Origin: Elusimicrobiota bacterium
Lineage (GTDB): Bacteria > Elusimicrobiota > Elusimicrobia > F11
Direction: 5' to 3'
Assembly (NCBI GenBank): GCA_044221725.1
Contig: JBGAON010000001.1
Coordinates: 704,001-768,000, forward strand
DNA length: 64,000 nucleotides
Shown here: piece by piece, positions 1-9,595 of the stretch
Layout of the letters: each line of letters begins with the position of its first letter
Numbering within the stretch: position 1 is the first letter of the stretch
Notes under the pieces: model-generated
What the model was told of the DNA's origin: nothing
Seen by the model: only the letters and a program-made list of their open reading frames with translations
The model's database searches: none
Made by a program: the position numbers and the translations under genes

Positions 1-1
1 C

Positions 2-3000
2 AACGCTGAGAAACTTTTGACCGATATGCGTGTCGCAGAAGCCAGCGTCTACGAGCAGCTCGCGCGCAGCAGCGACGAACGTGCGCTCGTTACGGAATCC
101 CGGCAGCTTTATTTGATTGGAAGACTCGTCGATTTCTCTTTGACACGCGAGGAATGGAAAGAAATCAAAAAGATACGTCGTGATGCCCAATCCTCTTTGC
201 GTTCGTTCGAAGATTTTTATGAGCGAGCGGAGTTGCGTGATGAGGCGATGGCGCGCAATCTCTTGAATAAAATCCAACGCACGACATGCGCTGTGCCAAA
301 TACTGTTGTCTTGGTCACCGGCGGTTTCCACTCCGCCGGTATCGACCAACGCCTCGTTGATGCGGGTTGCACCGTCGTCTCGTTTGTCCCCAAAATTTCT
401 CACTTGGGGATTGGCAGCGCGAGCAGCGGTGATAGTGCCAAAGAAAACTATCTCAGTGTGTTCACCCAACAAAAGTCGCCGTTGGATTTGCTTTTTGAAG
501 GCAATCGGTTGTTCCTTTCTCCCGAGCAATGGACGCCTGCCATTCGCGGTTTCGCGGGGGTGCTTGCCACGGCATCGGAAATTCGGTTTTTAGGAAATAA
601 AGTTTCGCAGCGCCGGATTGAAAATGATTTGTCTCGTTTAACGGGAATCAAAGCGCAGCATGTGGATGTGTATCGAAAAGACAGAATGGTTAATCTCACC
701 GTTAACCGCGACGTTCGTGTGAAAACCATATTCGACTCGTTCGATAATATTGCTGACGTCAATCAGGAAAAATCGCGTTGGACCGGCGCGCTCTTCACAG
801 ATCCGTTCCACGAGTGGGGTGTTTTTATTCCGGTGCCGCTGTCGGTGGCGTTCGCATTCTTTACGGCCGGCGTGACGGGATTCGCAGGGTCGCCGTGGAT
901 CATTGTTTTGACGGCGCTCGGAACCGGGTTCAGTGTTATGGCCTTTTCGTTTATTCCGCTCCACTATGTTTGGACAAACGAAATTCACACGGCCCGGTCT
1001 TATACGTTTTTAAAAGATTTCCGCGCCAAATCCAGCAAGCGGGAAATCTCTCTGTTTGAGTACCGACAGAAACTCGGCGATCTCTTCGTTAAATTTTACG
1101 TCGTCACGTTTGCCGCTGTGATAGCGATCTCCTTGCTGCCGGTTGGTATGGAGCGTCTGACTCCGAAGCAATGGTTCGCACTTTCGTTGGCGGTGCTCGA
1201 CGTTGCGTTGGTTGTTCATCTGTCTCATCACTTGCTGCACAACTTTTTGTTTTGGTTGGGAATAAGGGATATTCCGGGCGCATCTCAGGCGTCACCGAAA
1301 AAGACGGCTCACGATTTGCGCCGTGCGGTTGCAAGGGTCCCTTATCCTGATGCGCTGTTCTTGCTCGAAGCGCTCGAGATCCGATTAATGATGAAGAAAG
1401 AACCACCGACGATGGATTGGGTGATCGATTTCTTCGCCCAGAAAAACAGACGGATAAAACCCACCGCGGATTTCGTTCGTCCTCATTTAATGACTATTTT
1501 CCGCGAGATGCAGAATCTTGGAAGGGTGCGGACCTTCGATGACGAGTTAAAGGAAATATGGGACGCGGTTATTCGCTTGGTGGACGAATCCAGACAGAAT
1601 CCAACCGCGAAGGCAAAGCCAGCTCCAGCGCCGACGAAAGCCGTGGGTATTGCGAACGCCAATTTGGGCGGTTATGAGCAGTTGTTGCTTCGAAGGATGG
1701 TGGACGGACTCACGACGAGTTACCATTTTACGCTGCGCGATATTCAAAATTGGTTTCAATTATTTGATGAGCGCGCTGCGCATAAGAAAGTGCGTGAAAT
1801 CCTGTATCACCTCGAGAGTTATTTCTTGCCCGCCGACATGGACGCCGACCTCACAAAAGCCGTGAAGGAATTCGAGCGCCTCGCGGGCTCCGATGTGGCG
1901 AACGCCGCGATCACGATCAATACATCAAAATTCACGAGCAAGCGTCCTCTCTCTTACCGTTACCGTCGCGCGCTGAAAAGGGGAATTCTTCCCAATATTC
2001 CGGTGGTGCTGTTTGCGCTGTCGGCCATGGCGCCGCGCATGGTGTTTTTCGATGCCTCCGGCGTTTGGACAATAATTCCCGGTGTCTCAAAGCTCAAGGC
2101 CGTTCGAAAGGTTGGGCCAATTGGAGAAGGCGTCGGCGTTGTGGCGCTTTTTGCTTTGACGATCTCCGTTTGGAAAGTAGGACTGAGTGACTTGTGGTGG
2201 GTCGCGCTCGTAGCGCTCACGCCGTTCGCCATCATTCACGTGCTAAGCCAGATTTGGATGGATATCGATGGTCGCATCGAAACTCGCGGCGTGTTGCCTT
2301 GGAACGATGTTCGAATCTCATCACGCGACGCGATTATCGTGTTTATGCGGTCGTTTGTGCCGAGCGCGGTTTATTATCTTCCTTTCATTTCCGTCGTCCT
2401 GGGTCGTTCGGAAATCCGAGACGTCTCGTTTCTTGTTTTTGAATTTCTGTTGATCCTCTCTTTGATTTGGGCCTTCGGGCGGCACTATCAGGCGAATATG
2501 CGGCGACTCCAAAATCGTCATGTACGTGTCGATGCTGCGTTCGCGAAAAAATTCGCCCGTCGGGTCCGATATGTTTCCGCCTACGGTAAGCCGGGGGCCG
2601 GCAAAGGCACGATTCTCAAACAATTTATTGCCGAACTGAATTCACATCTTCCAGCGAACAAGCAATACGTGGTTCTCACGATGGGCGATATCTTTCGCGC
2701 GCTTGCAAAGAAAAGGAAGGGCGAAGACGCCGGAATATTTGATGCGCTGACGCTGCCAGAGTCTGCCGTGCGCGCGATGGAGTCCGGAAAAATCATCGAT
2801 GATGCGATCGCGCTCGATATATTAAATGAAGCGTTAAAGTTGGAACCGTTCCGCCGTGCGTACGGAATTATTTTTGACGGTTTCCCGCGCAGCTCCGCGC
2901 AGCTTGATGCCCACAATCAAGGAAAAGTCTTCATTAACGAAAGGCCGCTTCACTTGGATTTCAATTTCATTTTGGACATTGAGGATGCCACGATTCGCAC

Positions 3001-5161
3001 GCGCGCCGAGAAACGACGCAGCGGCGAGATTCAACGCGCGGACCGGGAAGGCCGCGCGCCGCAAGTGCGACCCGACGATGCGCCAGAAAAAGTGGAAGCG
3101 CGCATTGTTGATTTCAATTCCGTCACACGGCCAGCCGTTGAACGCAAACGTGGCGACGCCGACACGATTGTATTGAACGGCGAGTTGTACCCGAAGGTGG
3201 TCTACCGAAACTTTCTGCTCGAGACGAATCATTGGCTTGATAAACAAGCGCTCTGGCGCCGCTTCGCCGCTCGCGTTGTCGCTCCTTCAATTCTTCTTTC
3301 GACGGTCGGGAGTCTTGCGCCGGCAATGCCAGAGGGGAATACGATCACGATGCTTAATGCCGTGGCCTGGATGACGCTGATGTTCATCCCCGTGCTGCCT
3401 CTTGCGTTCGTCGCTATTTACCGAAAATATGTGCAGCCGCGTCGGGCGTATCGCGCGCCTTCTGCCGACGCACGGGTTGGCACCGGAGTGGATTTTGAAG
3501 TGATTCGCCTAGAGAAGTCGCCCCTTCCGCTTGAAATAAACGTTCCGAAAAATATTTGGCGGCAATTTTCACCGGAAGCCCAACAAAAAATCATTCGGGC
3601 CGCTACGTGGCAAGACAGGCCCCTCGAGAAGAACGTGCAAGGCCGAACGATTCGCGTTTATTTTGACGCGGTTGAGTCGGTTAATGGCGTGGAGTTAGCG
3701 GGCGTCGAATTAAAAGGATTGGTATGGAAAGACCCGAAAACGGGACGCATCCAGCCCCCGCGGATGGAACGATATTTTGGGGGCGGGCGTCGCGCGTCCG
3801 TCATGAAATTCGACCGCTGGTCCCGCCCGGTGTTCGTCGGTGAGAAAGACGCTCCCCAAGGCGCCATGACATTCGATTATGCTGCGAAAGAATGGGTGTC
3901 CGGGCATAAGCTTTGGAGCGAAGCTATGCCGATTGATTTGCCAATTGGGTTCGGAAAACTCATTGGGCCGCGCTCCCAGTTTTTTGATGGCCAGAGCAGA
4001 AAAGATGTTGGCTTTGCCATTCGCGGTATTCGAGACGTTGAAGAAAAGCGGTTGTTGCACGACATCGGCGATCGCCTTAGCGGTTTGCCGTTTGACCTCG
4101 AACGGCCAGCGGCTGTTGATGGCGCGGCGCTCGCCGATATTGACGCGGTCGCCGCTCAAAAATTTCGCGAGTTTGGCCGGTTGCTGCGTTATTTCCACGA
4201 TCGCGGTTTTATTCATGGAAGCCCACACACCGATAACGTGGTTGTCGATGGCGAACGATCGAATTTCAAAGATTTAAACACCGTTATTGAAGAGAAAAAA
4301 AATCCGCGCGATCAGGCCATTGTTCTTCAGCTGTTTGATTTGTCCATCGCATGGACGTCGCTTTTGATCATGAAACGTGAGACGGAATCACTTCTCCAAC
4401 ATCGTCTCCCGATAGAAGTTTTTTGGAATGGCTATTTTGGCGAATTCCTAAAGGAACACGATCCGAACGCTTTCGGTGCGATGGTCGTGAATTTTATACA
4501 TATGGAGGCAACTTCTGCGCCGCTGTTCGAAAGCGATTCCATTGTTACGAAGGTAATCGGGAGCATCGTCGGGCCGTTGCGTCAACCGGATTTTCCGCAA
4601 CCCATTCTTGCGTCCTTGCCCGATACGCGAATTTTGTCACGCGCACGAGTGATGCATGAAATAGAGCGTCTGAAAGGTCTCAGTTACGATGTTTATGTGG
4701 GATTAACCGCTGCATCCAAAGTTCAACAGGTTTTTGTGGATGTGGCCACATTGGCAAGGATGATTGATAAAAACAATCTGCTAGCGGCGTTTCACCGCGG
4801 AAAGTTATTTCTTGTTCATAAAAAACATCCGGCGGCGTACGCGTTTAAGCGGGATGCCCTTGAGCGACGTGCCCGGTGGGAAGAAGTTATGGGCGAACCC
4901 TACAAAGAAGACCCGCACGCACCGAAAGCGCCGTGGTACGTAAAGTTATTTAAGGGAGAGCAGTTAAATCTTGGCGTTTCGAGTTTTGGAAAGGCGCGAC
5001 GCCGTTCGGGAAATACTCCGGCGCCGCGAAATCCGGTGCCCGTTGCGGCGGATGACAAACGCAGTTACGCGCGCGAGGCGCTGTTCCGAGCTCTTGGCGT
5101 TCGCCGTTCTCCAGCGTCCACGACTGTTACCGACGAGCAAACTCGCCGAAAAGCTGCTTAA
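2..5161 (+). CDS. Giant multidomain membrane protein, 5'-truncated by the window; contains TM modules, an adenylate-kinase domain and a kinase-like domain
   Basis: Frame is open from base 2 (ORF track 17..5161, 1714 aa). It shows the FYERAELRD..M and VLVTGGFHS motifs, several hydrophobic blocks, P-loop GKPGAGKGT with DGFPR and RPDD (adenylate kinase), and GFIHGSPHTDN (kinase-like fold). Confidence 0.8.
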   Translation, partial: NAEKLLTDMRVAEASVYEQLARSSDERALVTESRQLYLIGRLVDFSLTREEWKEIKKIRRDAQSSLRSFEDFYERAELRDEAMARNLLNKIQRTTCAVPNTVVLVTGGFHSAGIDQRLVDAGCTVVSFVPKISHLGIGSASSGDSAKENYLSVFTQQKSPLDLLFEGNRLFLSPEQWTPAIRGFAGVLATASEIRFLGNKVSQRRIENDLSRLTGIKAQHVDVYRKDRMVNLTVNRDVRVKTIFDSFDNIADVNQEKSRWTGALFTDPFHEWGVFIPVPLSVAFAFFTAGVTGFAGSPWIIVLTALGTGFSVMAFSFIPLHYVWTNEIHTARSYTFLKDFRAKSSKREISLFEYRQKLGDLFVKFYVVTFAAVIAISLLPVGMERLTPKQWFALSLAVLDVALVVHLSHHLLHNFLFWLGIRDIPGASQASPKKTAHDLRRAVARVPYPDALFLLEALEIRLMMKKEPPTMDWVIDFFAQKNRRIKPTADFVRPHLMTIFREMQNLGRVRTFDDELKEIWDAVIRLVDESRQNPTAKAKPAPAPTKAVGIANANLGGYEQLLLRRMVDGLTTSYHFTLRDIQNWFQLFDERAAHKKVREILYHLESYFLPADMDADLTKAVKEFERLAGSDVANAAITINTSKFTSKRPLSYRYRRALKRGILPNIPVVLFALSAMAPRMVFFDASGVWTIIPGVSKLKAVRKVGPIGEGVGVVALFALTISVWKVGLSDLWWVALVALTPFAIIHVLSQIWMDIDGRIETRGVLPWNDVRISSRDAIIVFMRSFVPSAVYYLPFISVVLGRSEIRDVSFLVFEFLLILSLIWAFGRHYQANMRRLQNRHVRVDAAFAKKFARRVRYVSAYGKPGAGKGTILKQFIAELNSHLPANKQYVVLTMGDIFRALAKKRKGEDAGIFDALTLPESAVRAMESGKIIDDAIALDILNEALKLEPFRRAYGIIFDGFPRSSAQLDAHNQGKVFINERPLHLDFNFILDIEDATIRTRAEKRRSGEIQRADREGRAPQVRPDDAPEKVEARIVDFNSVTRPAVERKRGDADTIVLNGELYPKVVYRNFLLETNHWLDKQALWRRFAARVVAPSILLSTVGSLAPAMPEGNTITMLNAVAWMTLMFIPVLPLAFVAIYRKYVQPRRAYRAPSADARVGTGVDFEVIRLEKSPLPLEINVPKNIWRQFSPEAQQKIIRAATWQDRPLEKNVQGRTIRVYFDAVESVNGVELAGVELKGLVWKDPKTGRIQPPRMERYFGGGRRASVMKFDRWSRPVFVGEKDAPQGAMTFDYAAKEWVSGHKLWSEAMPIDLPIGFGKLIGPRSQFFDGQSRKDVGFAIRGIRDVEEKRLLHDIGDRLSGLPFDLERPAAVDGAALADIDAVAAQKFREFGRLLRYFHDRGFIHGSPHTDNVVVDGERSNFKDLNTVIEEKKNPRDQAIVLQLFDLSIAWTSLLIMKRETESLLQHRLPIEVFWNGYFGEFLKEHDPNAFGAMVVNFIHMEATSAPLFESDSIVTKVIGSIVGPLRQPDFPQPILASLPDTRILSRARVMHEIERLKGLSYDVYVGLTAASKVQQVFVDVATLARMIDKNNLLAAFHRGKLFLVHKKHPAAYAFKRDALERRARWEEVMGEPYKEDPHAPKAPWYVKLFKGEQLNLGVSSFGKARRRSGNTPAPRNPVPVAADDKRSYAREALFRALGVRRSPASTTVTDEQTRRKAA

Positions 5162-5173
5162 ATAGCGGGCGTT

Positions 5174-5977
5174 ATGCCGGAATTGCCCGAAGTTGAAACC
5201 GTTGTCCGCGGATTGAACCGCCAATTGATTGGTCGGCGCATTGATGCGGTGCAAGTGTTCAAACCGCTCGTTCTCAAAGCCAATCCCAAAACCTTTTCCG
5301 CAACATTGGTTGGACAAACCGTTGATAAGATTTCGCGTCACGGAAAATCTATTTTCTGGACGCTTGCGAACGGCGCCCACGTGAAGATTCATTTGGGTAT
5401 GACGGGCGCCTTATTGTTTCGCGCGAAAGAACACGCGGAGGACCCATACGTTCGAGTAAAATTTCAGCTCGACGATGTTAAGCAAGATTTGGTGTACCGT
5501 GATGTGCGTCAGTTTGGAAAACTGTCGTTAAGTCGCGATCCGTTCGAAAAAAATTGGGGACCCGATGCGTGGGATTCATCGAACAACAAATTGTTTGATG
5601 CGCTCCGCAAGAAAAAGGGAATGATTAAGCATGCGCTGATGAACCAGAACGTGATCGCCGGACTCGGAAATATTTATGTGGATGAGACGCTGTTTCTTTC
5701 TCGGCTTCATCCGAAGAAGCGCCTCGAAAAATTATCCGATAAAGTCGTGATGACCGTTGTCGATTCCGCGCGCGCGGTGCTCGCGAAGTCTCTCGATGCG
5801 GGCGGAACCACGTTTCGTGATTATGTGAACACGGCGGGGCGGCGGGGGGAATTCAAGATTCAACTGAACGTTTACGGTCAAGATTCAAAACCATGCCGTG
5901 TGTGCAAGACGCCGATTAAAAAGATTGTGGTGGCCAGCCGAGGCACGCATTTTTGTCCGCGGTGTCAGAAAAGATAG
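5174..5977 (+). CDS. mutM: Formamidopyrimidine-DNA glycosylase
   Basis: N-terminal MPELPEVE, HLGMTG, GLGNIYVDE, and C-terminal zinc finger CRVC...CPRCQ. Confidence 0.97.
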   Translation: MPELPEVETVVRGLNRQLIGRRIDAVQVFKPLVLKANPKTFSATLVGQTVDKISRHGKSIFWTLANGAHVKIHLGMTGALLFRAKEHAEDPYVRVKFQLDDVKQDLVYRDVRQFGKLSLSRDPFEKNWGPDAWDSSNNKLFDALRKKKGMIKHALMNQNVIAGLGNIYVDETLFLSRLHPKKRLEKLSDKVVMTVVDSARAVLAKSLDAGGTTFRDYVNTAGRRGEFKIQLNVYGQDSKPCRVCKTPIKKIVVASRGTHFCPRCQKR

Positions 5978-5990
5978 TCTTGGCGAAGCC

Positions 5991-6062
5991 GGGCAGTTAG
6001 CTCAGCGGAAGAGCATCCGCCTTACACGCGGAGGGTCGGGGGTTCGAACCCCTCACTGCCCA
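5991..6062 (+). tRNA. tRNA-Val(TAC)
   Basis: Acceptor stem GGGCAGT/ACTGCCC, anticodon arm TCCGC-CTTACAC-GCGGA, T loop GTTCGAA; CCA not encoded. Confidence 0.95.
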
Positions 6063-6068
6063 GTTTAA

Positions 6069-7343
6069 TTATCCAAATCGCAACGCCCGAATGATTTGTT
6101 CGAGATCGAGCGAATAGCTGTCGGCTTTCTCTGGTGGCGCGCCGCAAAGAAGGATGTAGCCGCGGCCGCGCCGAACGGTGGCAAACAAATGAATATCGAG
6201 CATCTTTCCGCTGCCCGATACTCCATAATATCGGCCCAAGTATCCGTATCCCGCCTGATAAAGCACATTTCGACCGCTGACGAATTGATAGCCAGAAAAT
6301 TTTGCGAATCGAGTGGCGACGTTCTCGGCGGTTGCTGTCGCCGAGCTTAGCTCCACTGCTTGCAGGCGGCCGTCGCCATCGTTATCGATCGTTCGAAATG
6401 AGATCAATGCCTGTGGATAGTAAAACCCCAGCGTCCAATTGGATGGCACGCGCAGCGATACCTCGTGATATTTGTTCAGATAATCTTGGCCATTCACCTC
6501 GCCCTGTTTGTCTTTGTCGACGCGGGGCAGGTGCGCTTTGATGGCGCTGTAATCTTCGTCGGACGGTTTCGCCAGGGGGCCCATGGTCGGTTGGCCAATC
6601 ATGCTTTCGATGATCTCAATGCGTTGTTTCGTGGACGGGTGGGTTCGGAAATAAAGATCCCAACCCTTCGCGTCCTTTTCGTCCATCGCTTCCAGTTTTT
6701 TCAGGAAACGCAGCGCGCCCTGCGGATCGTAACCGGCGCGCAACATATATTGAAGTCCGAGGTTATCGGCTTCCAATTCGCGCTCGCGACTGTAACCGAG
6801 CATGTAAAGCGATGAGAAAAGATCGGCGGTGTTGGCCACCATGAGCATCGCTTCGGGCCCGACGGTGAGCGCGGCGCCAATGGTGCCCAATACCGTGAGC
6901 GCGTTCTGGCCCATTTCTTTTTGAATCATTTGCACGCCGTGCAGAGCGGCCACGTGACCAATTTCGTGCCCGAGCACCATCGCAAGTTCGGACTCTTCGT
7001 TGACAGCCTCGAGCAGACCGCGCGTGACGAAAACGAAACCTCCGGGTACCGCGAACGCGTTGATAAGGTCGCTATCCAACACCGTGAAATCGTAATCAAC
7101 CGTGGGTCGATCGCAGACCTTCGCGAGCCTTTGTCCCACTTTGTTCACATACGTGGTCACTTGAGAGCTTTCAAGCACCTGATATTCTTCGAGAATCTTC
7201 TTTTTCGTTTCGAGTCCGATCTTTCGTTCGGCTTCCGGAGATAAGAGGCGCGCGTGAACTTTGTGCGTGGCGGGGTTTCGAATACACGCAGCCGCGCCCA
7301 GCAGAGCGGTGCCAACAAAGAAAAGTTTAAATCTGCGAATCAT
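6069..7343 (-). CDS. M48 family zinc metalloprotease, probable lipoprotein
   Basis: INAFAVPGG, HEIGH (HExxH), YSRERELEAD, THP; signal peptide ending AAAC. Confidence 0.9.
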   Translation of the reverse strand: MIRRFKLFFVGTALLGAAACIRNPATHKVHARLLSPEAERKIGLETKKKILEEYQVLESSQVTTYVNKVGQRLAKVCDRPTVDYDFTVLDSDLINAFAVPGGFVFVTRGLLEAVNEESELAMVLGHEIGHVAALHGVQMIQKEMGQNALTVLGTIGAALTVGPEAMLMVANTADLFSSLYMLGYSRERELEADNLGLQYMLRAGYDPQGALRFLKKLEAMDEKDAKGWDLYFRTHPSTKQRIEIIESMIGQPTMGPLAKPSDEDYSAIKAHLPRVDKDKQGEVNGQDYLNKYHEVSLRVPSNWTLGFYYPQALISFRTIDNDGDGRLQAVELSSATATAENVATRFAKFSGYQFVSGRNVLYQAGYGYLGRYYGVSGSGKMLDIHLFATVRRGRGYILLCGAPPEKADSYSLDLEQIIRALRFG

Positions 7344-7350
7344 ATTGGGA

Positions 7351-7360
7351 ATTGTATCAT
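7351..7360. promoter_or_regulatory. Overlapping divergent -10 elements
   Basis: ATTGTATCAT reads TGATACAAT (extended -10) on the - strand, 7 nt before the M48 ATG, and TATCAT on the + strand, 12 nt before the GH92 ATG. Confidence 0.45.
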
Positions 7361-7372
7361 GCGCCAGCGTTC

Positions 7373-9595
7373 ATGAAGAAAGCTCTCGTTGCCATCGTTT
7401 CTGTCGTGTTTTCGTCGACGTCCGCACTCTTTGCCGCATCGCTGGTCGATGCGGTCAATCCTCTCATCGGCACCGACTCCACCTTTGAACTGTCCAACGG
7501 GAACACGTTGCCACTCGTAGCGCTTCCGTGGGCGATGGCTTCGTGGACACCCCAAACCACCGACGCGCGTTGGATTTACCGGTACAAACACAACACGGTT
7601 CAAGGAATTCGGCTCACGCACCAACCGAGCCCTTGGATTGGCGACTACGGACAATTCTGTTTGATGCCGATGGTAGGGACATTGGAGATGAATACGAAGC
7701 GACGCGCGCAGAAATTCGAGCACGCGAACGAACGTATTCGTCCTTACGGATATCACCTCGAACTGCCGACACAGAAAATCACAGTCGAACTCGCGCCTAC
7801 GATGCGCGGAGGAAAATTTCGTTTCTCATTTCCGACGTCCGAACAATCTTACGTGGTTCTCGATGTGCCGGGTCCGAATTCCTACGTGTGCGTGATACCC
7901 GAGCAAAATAAGATTGTGGGGTTTTCGAGCGCCAAAGAAGCGGGGGCGCCAAAGAATTTCGCGAATTATTTTGTGATTGCGTTCGACCGGCCGTTCCTTT
8001 CGTTCGGAACCACGGCGGCACGGCAACAGCGCTCGTTCGAACGCGAACGTCGCGGTGAAAATCTCGGTGCGTTTGTTCAGTTCCGAACCGAAAAATCTCA
8101 GGCGGTCGATGTCAGCGTTGCCACCTCGTTTATCAGCCTGTCGCAAGCAGAGGAAAATCTTGCACGCGAGATCGGCAAAAAAACGTTCGATACCATTCAG
8201 TCCGAAGCAAAACAGGTGTGGGAAACACAGCTTCGAAAAATTGAAATTGAAGGCGCAACGAACGATCAGTTGACGGTTTTTTACACAGCGTTTTACCGAG
8301 CCCTTTTGTTCCCGCACACATTTCACGAATTAAATTCGGATGGGCATGAGCGCCATTACAGTCCGTACGACGGCAAAGTCCATTCGGGTGTGCTCTACAC
8401 AGACAACGGCTTCTGGGATACGTTCCGTGCGGTTTTTCCATTCTTTACCGTGTTGTTTCCAACGCAAGACGGCGAAATCATTCAAGGTTTCGTGAACACG
8501 TTCAAAGAAGGCGGTTGGTTTCCGCAGTGGCCCAGCCCGGGTTACCGCGATTGCATGATCGGTTCGCATTCGGATTCGATTGTCGCCGACGCTTTTGTGA
8601 AAGGCATTCGCAACTTCGACGTTGCTGCGGCCTACGAAGGTTCGGTGAAAAACGGTCGCGAGCAAAGTCGCAAAGGCCAGTTCGGCCGCAAGTCGCTCAA
8701 ATATTTGCGCGATTTGGGCTACATTCCTTGCGATCGACGCGATCAGGCCACGTCGCGCACGCTCGAGTATGCGTACGACGATTTTTGTTTGAGCACATTC
8801 GCGGCGGCGCGCGGTAAGAAAGAAGACGAAGCGGAATTTGCGAAAGGCGCGCGCGCGTACAAAAATGTTTTTAATCCGGCGACGGGTTTTATGCAGGGAC
8901 GCAAGGAAGACGGATCGTGGCGTGAACCGTTCGACCAATTCGAATGGGGGGAGCCGTACACCGAAGGCAACGCTTGGCATTATCTTTGGTTTGTGCCGCA
9001 CGATGTCGGAGGTCTGATTGACTTGCTGGGCGGCAAGCGCGCCTTCGCTGAGAAGTTGGACAAACTTTTCGCGCTGCCGGCAACAATCAATGTGGGTTCG
9101 TACCATGAAACCACACACGACATGCGCGAAATGCGCAAGGCTGGCATGGGGCAATATCATCACGGCAACGAACCCGTTCATCATCTCGCCTACCTGTACA
9201 ACTGGGCCGACGAGCCTTGGAAAACGCAGGCGTTGGTTCGAAAAATTCTCACGCGACTTTATTCGGCGAAACCCGATGGATTGTGCGGCGACGAAGACAC
9301 CGGACAAATGTCGGCGTGGTATCTTTTTTCCGCGATGGGCTTCTATCCGGTGTGTCCGGGAAAGCCCGAATATTCGTTGGGCAGCCCGTTGTTTCGAAAG
9401 GTGGTCCTTCACCTCGAAAACAACAAAATATTTACGATTGAATCGCCGCGTAATAGCGCGCATAATTTGTATGTGAAGACGATTCAGTTAAATGGGCAGG
9501 TCATAAAGGATTTTCGGTTGCGTCACAGCGATATCGTGGCGGGTGGAACATTGCGATTTGAGATGGTGGCAGAGCCGGAACATCGCTTGAAATGA
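7373..9595 (+). CDS. GH92 alpha-mannosidase, secreted
   Basis: Signal peptide from MKKAL; THQPSPW, WDTFRA, SRTLEYAYDD, TEGNAW, HGNEP and GDEDTGQMSAW motifs. Confidence 0.93.
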   Translation: MKKALVAIVSVVFSSTSALFAASLVDAVNPLIGTDSTFELSNGNTLPLVALPWAMASWTPQTTDARWIYRYKHNTVQGIRLTHQPSPWIGDYGQFCLMPMVGTLEMNTKRRAQKFEHANERIRPYGYHLELPTQKITVELAPTMRGGKFRFSFPTSEQSYVVLDVPGPNSYVCVIPEQNKIVGFSSAKEAGAPKNFANYFVIAFDRPFLSFGTTAARQQRSFERERRGENLGAFVQFRTEKSQAVDVSVATSFISLSQAEENLAREIGKKTFDTIQSEAKQVWETQLRKIEIEGATNDQLTVFYTAFYRALLFPHTFHELNSDGHERHYSPYDGKVHSGVLYTDNGFWDTFRAVFPFFTVLFPTQDGEIIQGFVNTFKEGGWFPQWPSPGYRDCMIGSHSDSIVADAFVKGIRNFDVAAAYEGSVKNGREQSRKGQFGRKSLKYLRDLGYIPCDRRDQATSRTLEYAYDDFCLSTFAAARGKKEDEAEFAKGARAYKNVFNPATGFMQGRKEDGSWREPFDQFEWGEPYTEGNAWHYLWFVPHDVGGLIDLLGGKRAFAEKLDKLFALPATINVGSYHETTHDMREMRKAGMGQYHHGNEPVHHLAYLYNWADEPWKTQALVRKILTRLYSAKPDGLCGDEDTGQMSAWYLFSAMGFYPVCPGKPEYSLGSPLFRKVVLHLENNKIFTIESPRNSAHNLYVKTIQLNGQVIKDFRLRHSDIVAGGTLRFEMVAEPEHRLK

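Noticed and set aside
5975..5992. TAGTCTTGGCGAAGCCGG before tRNA-Val as a REP remnant
   Set aside because: Short, with no partner arm; cannot be distinguished from chance.
8330..9463. 377-aa antisense ORF
   Set aside because: Shadow frame opposite the well-supported GH92 gene; no motifs.
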